The notes below the pieces were generated by a model, which saw nothing but the letters and a program-made list of their open reading frames with translations, had not been told where the DNA came from and ran no database searches. A DNA stretch of 64,000 bases from Gammaproteobacteria bacterium (GTDB taxonomy: Bacteria; Pseudomonadota; Gammaproteobacteria; UBA4575). Positions 40,516 to 50,543 of this stretch are shown one piece after another; the first letter of the stretch is position 1, and the number at the start of each line of letters is the position of its first letter. The stretch covers positions 585,791-649,790 of the forward strand of contig OZ244849.1 in the NCBI GenBank assembly GCA_965220875.1, written 5' to 3'. Both the position numbers and the translations under genes were made by a program.

Positions 40516-42684
40516 CTAGGGTGTTGCCGGCGGGTCCTGCTCGATCTGCGCTTTTTCCACCTGTGCCAAGCATGAATAAAACGAGGGGCTCCAGCCGATA
40601 TCCGTCAACTCCTCCGATATCAGCGCATTCGCATTCACTCCCCCGGGCGTATTGCTGCCCTTGAACTGTTTCTGGGTACTGCAGACCCCGGGGAGCAGCC
40701 CGTCGATGATCACGGCATGGGCATAGGTCTCGCCACGGTCGTTGTAAAGGCGGCACAGGTCACCATCCTCGATGCCCCGCTCGAAGGCGTCTTCGGGACA
40801 CAGCTCCACGGTGGGCCTCGACATCATCGCCTGCAGCCTAGGCACGGACTGGAACGAATCACCGATGAAGTAATGCGGTGCGTTGCTCAGTACCTGCAGC
40901 GGGTACTTCTTCCTCCGTTCGTAGTTTTCCTGGCCTTCCTCTTCCGGCACGTACGTGGGCAGGGGGGACTGCCCCTGGTTCTTGACATCCTCGGACCAGA
41001 TGTTGATCTTGCCGGTCTCGGTCGGCCAGCCGTGTTTCAGCCGGTCCCGGTTCGGCGAGTCGACATTGCAGCGCATCCAGCCGTTCTGCTTGAGCCCTTC
41101 AAGCGTGATGCCCTCCATGCCCGGGTGTCCCTCGTCGCAGATGATTTCCTTGATCATGTCCTCGTCAGACTGCCTGAACGCATCCTCGTCATACCCCATC
41201 TTCCCGGCCAGCATCCTGAACAGTTCCGAGTTGCACACGCTCTCCCCGAGCGGCTTGATGCACGGCTGGCTCAGGTTGTAGATATAGTGACCCCAGGGGG
41301 CATGCAGGTCCCAGCGTTCCAGCTGCGTGTCGGCCGGCAGCACGATGTCTGCATACAGGCAGGTGTCGGTCCAGACCACGTCATGCACCGCCACGAAAAG
41401 ATCGTCACGCATCAGGCCCTTGCGCACGTTGTTGGTGTTCGGTGCACAGTTCGCGGGGTCCGAGTTGTATACGAAAAGTGACTTGATCGGCGGACTGAGC
41501 GAGTCCCCGTTCATGTCCTGGTTATCCGCCAGGGCCTTTCCGATCTGCACCATGTTGATGGTCCGCTTGGACGCCCGGTCGCCCAGGTCCGGCCGCTGCA
41601 GCTTGCCCAGTTGCAGCCGCATCCAGTTTTCCTCGCCGGTCCAGCTCAGGCAGCCCCCGCATTTTTCACGCCAGGCCCCGGTGATGCAGGGCAGCAGCAT
41701 GACAGCCCGGCAGGTCTGGCCCGAGTTCTTGTGCCGGTTGAGGCCCCAGCCGGTCCGGATATTCGTTTTCTTGCTCGCGGCAAACGCCAGGGCAAACTTT
41801 TCGATTTCCGCAGCCCCGATTCCCGTGATGCGGGCCACTTTCTCCAGCGGCCACTTCGGAAGTTCGTCCTGGATCAACTGCTCCCAGCCGTGCGTGTATT
41901 CCCGCAGGAACGCCTCGTCATGCAGCCCGGCGTCCACGATGAGTTTCATCATCCCCAGCGCCAGGGCCGCGTCCGTGCCCGGGCGTGGCTGGATGTGCCA
42001 GTCCGCAAACTCGGTGGTCCGGGTTTTCCTCGGATCCACCGCAACGATCGTGGCGCCCCGGTCCCTCGCCTCCTGGACGAACGGGATCAGGTGCACGCCC
42101 GTGCTGACGATGTTGTTCGCCCACAGAATCACCATGTCCGCATCCGGGATGTCTTCCGTACTCGGCCCGTCCGCCAGCCCGTAGGTGTAGATATGGGTCC
42201 AGATCCCGGCCCATGCACAGATGGACTGGTCAAGCCTTGCGGCTTCCATCCTGTTCCAGAACCGCTGGTCCATGCCCCAGAAATGGATCAGTCCCAGGGT
42301 GCCTGAATACGAATACGGCTGGACCGCTTCGGGTCCGTGCTCGTCGATGACCGACTTGAAATTGTCCGTGACCGTGTCCAGTGCCTCGTCCCAGGAGATT
42401 CTCTCGAATTTCGCGCCGGGCCCTTTCGGCCCGATTCGCTTGTGGGGGTACAGCACCCGGCTGTCGTTGTACACAAGATCCAGGTAATGGTTGACCTTGT
42501 TGCACAGGTAGCCCCGGGTAATGGGATTGCTGGGATCGCCTTCCACCCTGGTGGCCTTGCCGGTGTCCTCATTCACCGTGACGAGCATCGAGCAGCCGTC
42601 CGGGCAGTCATGGGGGCATACCACGTGGTGCTGGGTATGGCCGGGCGGAGGCTCGGGTCGGTCAGCGATCGTTTCCATGGCCAT
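40516..42684 (-). CDS. cytoplasmic molybdopterin (bis-MGD) oxidoreductase, MopB superfamily, unclassified
   Basis: 722 aa with no Tat signal. N-terminal Fe-S motif CPHDCPDGCS...C (Cx3Cx3C rather than CxxCxxxC). MGD-binding segments throughout. Confidence 0.8.
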   Translation of the reverse strand: MAMETIADRPEPPPGHTQHHVVCPHDCPDGCSMLVTVNEDTGKATRVEGDPSNPITRGYLCNKVNHYLDLVYNDSRVLYPHKRIGPKGPGAKFERISWDEALDTVTDNFKSVIDEHGPEAVQPYSYSGTLGLIHFWGMDQRFWNRMEAARLDQSICAWAGIWTHIYTYGLADGPSTEDIPDADMVILWANNIVSTGVHLIPFVQEARDRGATIVAVDPRKTRTTEFADWHIQPRPGTDAALALGMMKLIVDAGLHDEAFLREYTHGWEQLIQDELPKWPLEKVARITGIGAAEIEKFALAFAASKKTNIRTGWGLNRHKNSGQTCRAVMLLPCITGAWREKCGGCLSWTGEENWMRLQLGKLQRPDLGDRASKRTINMVQIGKALADNQDMNGDSLSPPIKSLFVYNSDPANCAPNTNNVRKGLMRDDLFVAVHDVVWTDTCLYADIVLPADTQLERWDLHAPWGHYIYNLSQPCIKPLGESVCNSELFRMLAGKMGYDEDAFRQSDEDMIKEIICDEGHPGMEGITLEGLKQNGWMRCNVDSPNRDRLKHGWPTETGKINIWSEDVKNQGQSPLPTYVPEEEGQENYERRKKYPLQVLSNAPHYFIGDSFQSVPRLQAMMSRPTVELCPEDAFERGIEDGDLCRLYNDRGETYAHAVIIDGLLPGVCSTQKQFKGSNTPGGVNANALISEELTDIGWSPSFYSCLAQVEKAQIEQDPPATP

Positions 42685-42703
42685 GCCTCCTTCTTACGTG
42701 TGA

Positions 42704-43882
42704 TCAGGCCGAAGCCATGCGTCGGGGTGTGAAATTCTCCAGTTCCTTGATCCCGCTTTCCTGGTTTTCCTTCCGGGTGAGTTCCAGCTCCGCAGCCGTG
42801 GCGTATTTTTCATCCCACTCCTTGAGCATGGGAACGATCACCTTGAAGAACAGGGGTGGGATCCATGCAATGACCGTCATCGTCAGGTACCCGAAGGGAC
42901 ACTGCGGATCGTCCTTGTATGCCCTGAGATCCTGGTAGCGGCTGTTGTCCGCATGATGCGCACCGTGACGGCCAAGATTGAGCAGAATCCAGTTGCCCCA
43001 GGCATTGTTGCTGGAAAAGGTCACGCGCGGAGTAATCGGCTGTCCTTTTTCCCGGACCAGCCCGTAGTGGGAGAAGAAGTTGAGTCCCTCCAGAATGAAT
43101 TTGGCATAGCAGATGGCCAGGAAGTAATACAGGAAGCAGACCCAGCCGCCGCCGGCCAGCACCAGTGCCATCACGATCCCGCCCCGCAGCCAGGCCTGCA
43201 CGATCCGGTTCTCCAGTGAGAGTACAGACTTGCCTGCGTCGTTCAGGCGCCTCTTCTCGACATCCCAGCCACTTTTCCACTGGGTCCAGGTCCCGACCGT
43301 CTGGAACTGGTAGAAGTGGCTACCCCGGATTGGCGTGACCGCATCATGCTCGGGATATCCCAGGTTCTTGTGATGCCCGTATACATGCTCGACGGCAAAG
43401 TTCGTTCCGAACATCAGGGCGAACACCAGCTCGCCGATCCTCGTGTCCACGGCGTCCTCGGTGCGTGAGACCAGTTCATGCCCCATGACGATGCCCTGCA
43501 CGCCCAGTGTGATCCCCATGGACAACGCCGCACCCGTATAGTGATACCAGGCGTTTTCACCGCGTGCGGCCAGGGCGTCATACCCGAACTGTTGTGCGAA
43601 GGCCCCGATGCCCAGCAGGTCAACCCCGCTGAACGCCCAGACGAAAGTGATCAGGGATACGAGCAGGAACAGGGATACCGTGTATATGATCCAGTCGTAG
43701 ATCCAGCCAAAGCTGTAACCGGGTTCCGAGTTATCCTCCTTGCTGAGGAGCTCGCCTCCGACCCCTATAATGAACATGAAACCGACGCCGAACCACATCC
43801 ACCAACCGCCCAAGACAAAGCTGACGGCGGTACCCAGGGTCACGATCCAGTTCAGCCACCCAAACTTCAGATATTTCCACAT
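42704..43882 (-). CDS. AlkB-family integral-membrane di-iron hydroxylase (alkane 1-monooxygenase-like)
   Basis: Histidine boxes GHELVSR, EHVYGHHKNLG and LGRHGAHHADNSRYQDL, plus the NFFSHYGL (NYxEHYGL) motif. SD GAGGG before MWKYLKF. 20-bp gap to the Mo-enzyme gene. Confidence 0.8.
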   Translation of the reverse strand: MWKYLKFGWLNWIVTLGTAVSFVLGGWWMWFGVGFMFIIGVGGELLSKEDNSEPGYSFGWIYDWIIYTVSLFLLVSLITFVWAFSGVDLLGIGAFAQQFGYDALAARGENAWYHYTGAALSMGITLGVQGIVMGHELVSRTEDAVDTRIGELVFALMFGTNFAVEHVYGHHKNLGYPEHDAVTPIRGSHFYQFQTVGTWTQWKSGWDVEKRRLNDAGKSVLSLENRIVQAWLRGGIVMALVLAGGGWVCFLYYFLAICYAKFILEGLNFFSHYGLVREKGQPITPRVTFSSNNAWGNWILLNLGRHGAHHADNSRYQDLRAYKDDPQCPFGYLTMTVIAWIPPLFFKVIVPMLKEWDEKYATAAELELTRKENQESGIKELENFTPRRMASA

Positions 43883-44067
43883 AGCCGTACCCTCAAACCA
43901 GTCAATGACACACTTCCACAGCGCCAAAACCATGTTCTCGCCGCTTTTCTTGCACCTTCCTGGTCTGATAGCAGGGTGATCAGCACCCTTCTCAAGATCT
44001 GTCGATTTATTTTAGGCGCTACTTTCATCGTAGCAACGCGGTGCCAGCAATGTCAAATTCAGCATGG

Positions 44068-44108
44068 ATATACTAAGATTAGTTTTCTCCTGAAAACTGT
44101 ATACTAAT
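44068..44108. promoter_or_regulatory. direct repeat ATATACTAA x2 (31-bp spacing) in the divergent intergenic region
   Basis: GATATACTAAG at 44068-44077 and GTATACTAAT at 44099-44108, in the AT-rich gap between the AlkB operon and the ABC transporter. Confidence 0.3.
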
Positions 44109-44149
44109 AACTTGTCGAGTACGGCCAAGAATTCTTATATGCAGAGTAC

Positions 44150-44965
44150 TTGTCAAATGGAGGGGTTCTGATGCCCGAAGACCTGCCCGCTGGCAAAGAG
44201 GCGCTTTTGGAAATCCATGAGATTTCCCTGTCGTTCAAGGGAGTGAAGGCGCTCTCCAACGTCAGCATGAAGGTCCAGCAGGGCGAAATCTGCGCGCTCA
44301 TCGGCCCGAACGGTGCGGGAAAGAGTTCACTGCTCAATGTGATCAACGGGGTCTACCGGCCGCAACATGGCGAAGTGGTCTTCGACGGCAGGCATTTCCA
44401 GAAAATCACCCCGTTTGATGCGGCGCGGCGCGGGATCGGAAGGACGTTCCAGCACAATGCGCTGTTTGAAAGGCTGACGGTCCTGGACAACATCCTGGCA
44501 GGCCTTGCGCGTCACGGGAAAACCACGTTCTGGGAGAACATATTCCATATCGGACGCGACCGCGCCGAAAACCGGCAATTCCTTGCCTGGGCCGGCAAGG
44601 TCATCACCTTCCTCAAGCTCGAGGAACACGCCGGCGCCATCGTTTCGACCCTCCCGTTCGGCATCCAGAAACGGGTGGACCTTGCACGGGCGCTGGTCTC
44701 GGAGCCCAGGCTGCTGCTGCTCGATGAACCCATGGCGGGAATGAACCAGGATGAGAAGCAGGAAATGAGCCGCATCGTCTCGGAGGTGAACTCGCATTTC
44801 AAGACCACGATCGTGCTCATCGAACATGATATCGGTATCGTCATGGGGCTGGCGCATCGCATCGTGGTACTGGACTACGGCAGCAAGATTGCCGATGGCA
44901 TGCCCGAACAGGTACGAAACGACCCGGGCGTGATCAAGGCTTACCTGGGAGAAGTGTATGAATAA
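44150..44965 (+). CDS. HAAT-family ABC transporter ATP-binding protein (LivG-like)
   Basis: GPNGAGKSS Walker A and a LivG-type insertion. Confidence 0.85.
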   Translation: MSNGGVLMPEDLPAGKEALLEIHEISLSFKGVKALSNVSMKVQQGEICALIGPNGAGKSSLLNVINGVYRPQHGEVVFDGRHFQKITPFDAARRGIGRTFQHNALFERLTVLDNILAGLARHGKTTFWENIFHIGRDRAENRQFLAWAGKVITFLKLEEHAGAIVSTLPFGIQKRVDLARALVSEPRLLLLDEPMAGMNQDEKQEMSRIVSEVNSHFKTTIVLIEHDIGIVMGLAHRIVVLDYGSKIADGMPEQVRNDPGVIKAYLGEVYE

Positions 44966-44981
44966 CAGGACGGGGGCGTAG

Positions 44982-45857
44982 GTGTTTCTTGAGGTGCTGC
45001 TGGGGGGGCTGCTTGCCGGAGTGATGTACTCCTCCGTGGCGCTCGGCTTCGTCCTCATCTACAAGGCGTCGGGCGTGTTCAATTTCGCCCAGGGTTCCAT
45101 GGTGCTGTTCACCGCGCTGATGTATGTGACGTTTGTGGAGGCAGGCATTCCGTTCTGGATCGCGTTGCTCATCGTGATGGTCGTCATGGTGATCTGTGCC
45201 GTGCTCATCGAGCGGATGATGCTTCGCCCCATGGCGAATCGTGACCCGATGATACTGTTCGTGGCCACCCTGGGGCTGAGTTTCATGATCGAAGGAATTG
45301 CGCAGCTGGCGATGGGCACCGATGTGCATATCCTGGAGCTCGGTGTGGCGGACGGCACCCTGCAGATCGGTGACCTGTGGTTGAGCGAGTTTGACCTGTT
45401 TGCAACCGCCATGGCCATTCTCATGGTGGTCGTCATTTCGTTCGTCTTCAACACCACGCGCATCGGCATCTCGCTGCGCGCGGTGGCCGACGATGTGCTG
45501 GCGGCGCAATCGATCGGCATCAAGCTTCCGCAGGTGTGGCGGATTGTGTGGAGCGTGGCAGGATTTGTGGCCCTGGCCGCCGGGCTTCTCTGGGGAGCGC
45601 GCCAGGGGGTCCAGTTTTCGCTGACCCTGTCCGCCCTCAAGGCGTTACCGGTGCTCATCATCGGGGGCTTCTCGTCCATGATCGGCGCCATCGTGGCAGG
45701 CCTGCTGGTCGGGGCGACCGAAAGCCTGGCCGACTTCTACCTGGGCCCCATCCTCCGGGGCAGCGTATCCGCCTGGTTTGCCTACATCCTGGCTGTATTC
45801 TTTCTCCTGATCAAGCCTGCCGGCCTGTTCGGTGAACGCGAGATCGAACGGGTCTGA
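44982..45857 (+). CDS. HAAT-family ABC permease (LivH-like)
   Basis: 291 aa polytopic protein with LivH-like N-terminus (YSSVALGFVLIYKASGVFNFAQG). Confidence 0.85.
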   Translation: MFLEVLLGGLLAGVMYSSVALGFVLIYKASGVFNFAQGSMVLFTALMYVTFVEAGIPFWIALLIVMVVMVICAVLIERMMLRPMANRDPMILFVATLGLSFMIEGIAQLAMGTDVHILELGVADGTLQIGDLWLSEFDLFATAMAILMVVVISFVFNTTRIGISLRAVADDVLAAQSIGIKLPQVWRIVWSVAGFVALAAGLLWGARQGVQFSLTLSALKALPVLIIGGFSSMIGAIVAGLLVGATESLADFYLGPILRGSVSAWFAYILAVFFLLIKPAGLFGEREIERV

Positions 45858-45860
45858 GCC

Positions 45861-46934
45861 ATGCCGGAGATTCAGACCTCACCGCGCGCGGACATGCTCC
45901 CGCTCTCCCAGCGTTCCGGCCTGGTCAAGCCGGGCATCATCGGGGCACTGATGATCGCTGCACTGGCCGTGCCGCTCAGCTTCAACGATTACTGGATCAA
46001 CTCCATCATGATCCCGATGCTGGTGATGGGCATCGCGGGCGTCGGCCTCAATTTGCTGATGGGATTCACCGGGTGCGTCTCGATCGGCTCGGCGGCCTTC
46101 ATGGCAGTGGGGGCCTTCTCGGCCTACAACCTGCTGTTGCGGGTACCGGTGCTTCCCCTGCCGGTTGTGATCATCCTGGCCGGCCTGATCGCAGCGGTAT
46201 TCGGTGTCCTGTTCGGACTGCCAAGCTTGCGGATCAAGGGGTTCTACCTCGCGGCATCCACCCTCGGGGCACAGTTTTTTTTCGAGTGGCTGTTCACCAA
46301 TTTTTCCTGGTTCTGCAACGATAACCTGTCCTTGACCATCACCGCTCCGCGACTTGAGCTCTTCGGCATGGACCTCAAGTCGGTGCATGGCCGCTACATG
46401 ATCGTCAGCGTGACCACCCTTGCGCTGGTTGCGCTCGCGTACAGCATCGTGCGCAGCCGCATTGGCCGGGAATGGATTGCGGTAAGCGACATGGAGACCT
46501 CGGCCACCGTCATTGGCATCAAGGTGCGCGCCCGCAAGCTTCTGGCATTTGGCATCAGTTCCTTTTACTGCGGCATCGCGGGTGTGCTCTGGGGATTCTG
46601 CTACCTGCAGACGAGCAATGCCCACTCCTTTGATCTTGACAAGTCCTTCGAGATCCTGTTCATCGTGATCATAGGCGGCACGGCAAGCATATTCGGAAAC
46701 TTCATCGGCGCCGCCTTTATCGTGCTGACACCGATTTTCCTCAACCTGGCTGTGGTCGGCCTTGGACTGACCGAACATGTGAACATCGGAATCACTACAA
46801 ATCTGCAGCGAGTGCTATTCGGTGCTATGATTGTTTACATCCTGATCAAAGAGCCGGATGGCCTTTACAAGTTGCTTCAACGGGCTGCAACTGCTTTGAG
46901 TGGAGCGTGCAGGCGGCTTCGCGCTACAGCGTGA
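45861..46934 (+). CDS. HAAT-family ABC permease (LivM-like)
   Basis: 357 aa polytopic protein; the ORF immediately follows the first permease. Confidence 0.85.
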   Translation: MPEIQTSPRADMLPLSQRSGLVKPGIIGALMIAALAVPLSFNDYWINSIMIPMLVMGIAGVGLNLLMGFTGCVSIGSAAFMAVGAFSAYNLLLRVPVLPLPVVIILAGLIAAVFGVLFGLPSLRIKGFYLAASTLGAQFFFEWLFTNFSWFCNDNLSLTITAPRLELFGMDLKSVHGRYMIVSVTTLALVALAYSIVRSRIGREWIAVSDMETSATVIGIKVRARKLLAFGISSFYCGIAGVLWGFCYLQTSNAHSFDLDKSFEILFIVIIGGTASIFGNFIGAAFIVLTPIFLNLAVVGLGLTEHVNIGITTNLQRVLFGAMIVYILIKEPDGLYKLLQRAATALSGACRRLRATA

Positions 46935-47108
46935 TCTCACGCCGGGTGCCGAATCCGTCCAGACCGGTACGGATCCATCGGCCTTTGGGGATAGGTTGTT
47001 CAGGAACAAGAATCGCAGGAGGTGATGCCATGCATATTTAGGTCTGCACCCGCTCAGGAGCAGGCCTTGAATAAGTGCACAAAATAATAACTATAGGAGG
47101 AAATTACA

Positions 47109-48452
47109 ATGTATTTACGTCAACTAAGCTATGCGCTGCTTGCCGCCGTACTGGCTTCGGCGGGCTTGCAGACGGCCTTTGCAGCCGGTGCGCATGAAGG
47201 GGAGCAGTTCTATCCCCTGTTTACGTACCGTACCGGACCTTACGCCAATGTGGGGACCTCGATCGTAGCCGGGCAAAAGGACATGCTGGATTACCTCAAC
47301 GAAACCGAGGGTGGCGTGAATGGAGTTCTCAACTACATGGTGGAGTGTGAAACTTCATACGACATCGACAAGGGCATCGAGTGCTTCGACCGTTACGTCG
47401 GGGGACACCAGGGTGCACCCACCGCTACCATCACGGGGATGTCATCGGGACTCTTCGCGGCGACAGTAGAGAGAAATCGCAAACACAAGATGCCGCACAT
47501 GACACCCGGCGGCGGTACCGCAACGGCCATTGACGGGCGATTCAACGAATACCAGTTCTCGGTGATGTTTGACTACTGGAGAGAAGCGCAGATTGTGGTC
47601 GAGTATATCGCCCAGCGCCTCGGGGGTCATGACAAGCTCAAGGACCAGGTGATCGTGACGCTGTACCATGATTCCGGATACGGCCGAGAAACCATCACCC
47701 CGATGAAGATGCTGTCCGAGCAGTACGGATTCAAGGACGTGCAGATTCCGGTGGCACATCCGGGAATCCAGCAGGAGGCCCAGTGGCAGCGCATTCGCAA
47801 CGAAAAGGCCGACTGGGTATTCTTCCGCAGCTGGGGGGCAATGACCCCGGTAGGCATCAAGACGGCCAAGCGCACGGGCTTTCCGGTCGACCACATCATC
47901 GGTGACATCTGGGCGACTTCGGAAGACGACGTACGCCCGGCAGGCGATGCCGCGATCGGCTACACCGGAGTCAACATCTTCCCGCCGGGAACCGATTATG
48001 AGCTTCTCAAGAGAATCAAGGAAACCCTGTATGACAAGGGCAAGGGCGACCTGAAGGAAATGGAGCGGTTCGGCACGGTCTACTACAACTTCGGCGTGAT
48101 CACGTCGCTGATCTATTCCGAGGTCCTGAGAACCGGCCACACGAAGTTTGGAAACAGGCCGATTACCGGTGAAGAAGCCAAGTGGGCCTATGAGAACCTG
48201 AACATCGATCAAAAACGGCTCGAAGATATCGGTGCTGTCGGGCTGCTGGCCCCGCTGAAGCTCTCGCGCTGTAACCATCAAGGTGAGAGCATCCAGGCGA
48301 AGGTCATCCAGTGGGCCGGCGACGGATGGGATTCAACGGACTGGATCGAGATCGACACACAGCTGTTCGTGCCCATCTTCACTGCCAAGGCAGAGGAGCT
48401 TGCGAAAGAGCAGGGCGTCCCGAAACGCGACCTGCCCGAGTGCGAAGTGTAA
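47109..48452 (+). CDS. periplasmic substrate-binding protein (type I PBP, LivK/amide-binding-like), unusually long at 447 aa
   Basis: Signal MYLRQLSYALLAAVLASAGLQTAFA. The gene sits inside the HAAT transporter cluster. Confidence 0.8.
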   Translation: MYLRQLSYALLAAVLASAGLQTAFAAGAHEGEQFYPLFTYRTGPYANVGTSIVAGQKDMLDYLNETEGGVNGVLNYMVECETSYDIDKGIECFDRYVGGHQGAPTATITGMSSGLFAATVERNRKHKMPHMTPGGGTATAIDGRFNEYQFSVMFDYWREAQIVVEYIAQRLGGHDKLKDQVIVTLYHDSGYGRETITPMKMLSEQYGFKDVQIPVAHPGIQQEAQWQRIRNEKADWVFFRSWGAMTPVGIKTAKRTGFPVDHIIGDIWATSEDDVRPAGDAAIGYTGVNIFPPGTDYELLKRIKETLYDKGKGDLKEMERFGTVYYNFGVITSLIYSEVLRTGHTKFGNRPITGEEAKWAYENLNIDQKRLEDIGAVGLLAPLKLSRCNHQGESIQAKVIQWAGDGWDSTDWIEIDTQLFVPIFTAKAEELAKEQGVPKRDLPECEV

Positions 48453-48471
48453 GTGAACAGCGGGCACCGTC

Positions 48472-49224
48472 TTGAGCACTGGCGATTTTCTCAAGGTTGA
48501 AAATATCCAGGTTCACTACGGGCAGGCAATACTAGCCCTGCAGGATGTAACGATAGTCGTCGAACAGGGATCAATCGTGTCCCTGTTCGGCGCCAACGGC
48601 GCCGGAAAAACCACGACCCTCAAGGCAATCTCCAAGCTCCTGGGACAGGAGCGCGGTGAAATCACCAAGGGCAGAATCACCTGGCAGGGTGAGTCGATCG
48701 AGCGCTTTTCCGCCTCCGACCTCGTAGCCAAGGGCATCGTCCAGGTGCTGGAAGGCAGGCATGTGTTTCCTCAACTGACCGTAGAGGAAAACCTGATGGC
48801 CGGCGCCTTCGTGCGCCAGCCAAACCGTGCCAGGATGGCTTCAGACCTGGAACAGGTGTACGAGTGGTTTCCACGCCTCAAGCTGCGGCGCAAAAGCCGG
48901 GCGGGACTCGCTTCGGGCGGTGAGCAGCAAATGCTCGCGATTGGTCGCGCGCTCATGACAAAGCCCATCCTGGTCCTGCTGGACGAGCCCTCAATGGGAC
49001 TGGCACCGGTAATCATCCAGGAGATCTTCGAAATCATCAAGTCGATGAACCGGGAGAATAACGTCAGTTTTCTGATCGCCGAGCAGAACATCAACCTTGC
49101 CATGAAGTATGCCAACTACTGCTACGTGTTGGAAAACGGAAATGTCGCCGTGTCCGGAAAAGCCGACGAGCTGTCCGTGCGCGACGACATCAAGGAATAT
49201 TATCTCGGCTCGGGCAATGCCTGA
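48472..49224 (+). CDS. HAAT-family ABC transporter ATP-binding protein (LivF-like)
   Basis: GANGAGKTT Walker A, LSGGEQQMLAIGRAL signature. Confidence 0.85.
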   Translation: MSTGDFLKVENIQVHYGQAILALQDVTIVVEQGSIVSLFGANGAGKTTTLKAISKLLGQERGEITKGRITWQGESIERFSASDLVAKGIVQVLEGRHVFPQLTVEENLMAGAFVRQPNRARMASDLEQVYEWFPRLKLRRKSRAGLASGGEQQMLAIGRALMTKPILVLLDEPSMGLAPVIIQEIFEIIKSMNRENNVSFLIAEQNINLAMKYANYCYVLENGNVAVSGKADELSVRDDIKEYYLGSGNA

Positions 49225-49317
49225 ATCTTCCCCATGCACTGAACGGTCGTGCTGAAAAGCCGATTGCGGGTGCTCTACATCCCGCGGGCCGCTGCGATGA
49301 CGGCGGCAGTCTCCGGG

Positions 49318-50361
49318 TCAGCTTGACTGAAGCGCCTCAGACAAAAAACCGTTTATCAGGTCAAAGTCCTCCTGGGCCAGACCCAGCATGCCAAAATGGC
49401 CCCACAGGGTGGGGACCTGCCTCAGTTCACTGCCCGGAATCATCTCCTGTTCATATCTGCAGTCCGTGAGCGGGATGAACATGTCCTGCGTGAATGCAAT
49501 GACAAAGACTTTCGCCCTGATGGACCCCAGCGTGTCCTTCAGGCTTTTTCCCGAAACCGCGCACACGTCCCCCCGTTTCCATTTCGAGGCCATGCACAAC
49601 AGGTTGTTCGGATCCATGGGCTTGAACCAGGTTTCCCAAAAACCGCACAGGTAATCGTCCAGCGAGGCAATCCCCAGATCGGTCCACTTTTCCTGCCGGT
49701 AGAATTCCGTGCAGTTGCCCATCAGGGCAAACACGTGTGCAAGCCGCTTCAGGCCCAGTTCCACTGCATGGGGCTGCGTGTACCGGCCGTGTTCCCAGGC
49801 CGGATCAGACTTTAGCGCCTCACAGAACACCTCCACGTACAGGGAGTCATGCGGGGTGGTTCTGGCAGTCCCCCCTATCGGGGCGGCACGCTTGACCATA
49901 TCCGGATACCTCACGCACCATTCGTACGTCTGCTGCGCACCCATGGACCAGCCAAGCACCAGGTCTATGCTTTTTACGCCGAACTTTTCGGTCAGCAGCC
50001 GGTGCTGTGCACGAACGTCATCCCCGATCGAGATTTCCGGAAAGTCAGGACCCTCATCGGGCGGGGGAGCATTATGAGGCGAGGTCGACAAGCCGCTGCC
50101 CAGCTGGTTCGGTACGACGATGAAGTATTTCTCGGGATCCAGCGCCAGGCCCTTTCCGATGTATTTTTCCATGGCCTTGTTGGTCCCTGAAAACATGACC
50201 GTAAACACGATGGCATTGGTCTTTTCCGGATTCAGTTCGCCGAAACACGAATACGCCAGCTGGCAGTTTGCAAGCGTCCTGCCGCATTCAAGCTGGAAAT
50301 CGCCGAGTTCAAACAGTGAATACGGGCCGTGGTTTTCCTGGGAATAATACTCGTTTTCCAC
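49318..50361 (-). CDS. MetX-like alpha/beta hydrolase (homoserine O-acetyltransferase family)
   Basis: GWSMGAQQ nucleophile elbow, 347 aa. Confidence 0.7.
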   Translation of the reverse strand: MENEYYSQENHGPYSLFELGDFQLECGRTLANCQLAYSCFGELNPEKTNAIVFTVMFSGTNKAMEKYIGKGLALDPEKYFIVVPNQLGSGLSTSPHNAPPPDEGPDFPEISIGDDVRAQHRLLTEKFGVKSIDLVLGWSMGAQQTYEWCVRYPDMVKRAAPIGGTARTTPHDSLYVEVFCEALKSDPAWEHGRYTQPHAVELGLKRLAHVFALMGNCTEFYRQEKWTDLGIASLDDYLCGFWETWFKPMDPNNLLCMASKWKRGDVCAVSGKSLKDTLGSIRAKVFVIAFTQDMFIPLTDCRYEQEMIPGSELRQVPTLWGHFGMLGLAQEDFDLINGFLSEALQSS

Positions 50362-50543
50362 TTGAGAGCCCCCTCAACCTTGCATGGATAATTGTTGTAA
50401 GTAGTTGTCTGGCAGGCAGGCAGCGCCTGGAAAGGCAAGGCGGCCACGTACGTCTGCCGTACGATGCATGTTGGTTGACAATTAGTCACACAGCATTACC
50501 ATTGAATCAATCTAGTGTCAACTCAAAGCATGGTTATAAGAAA

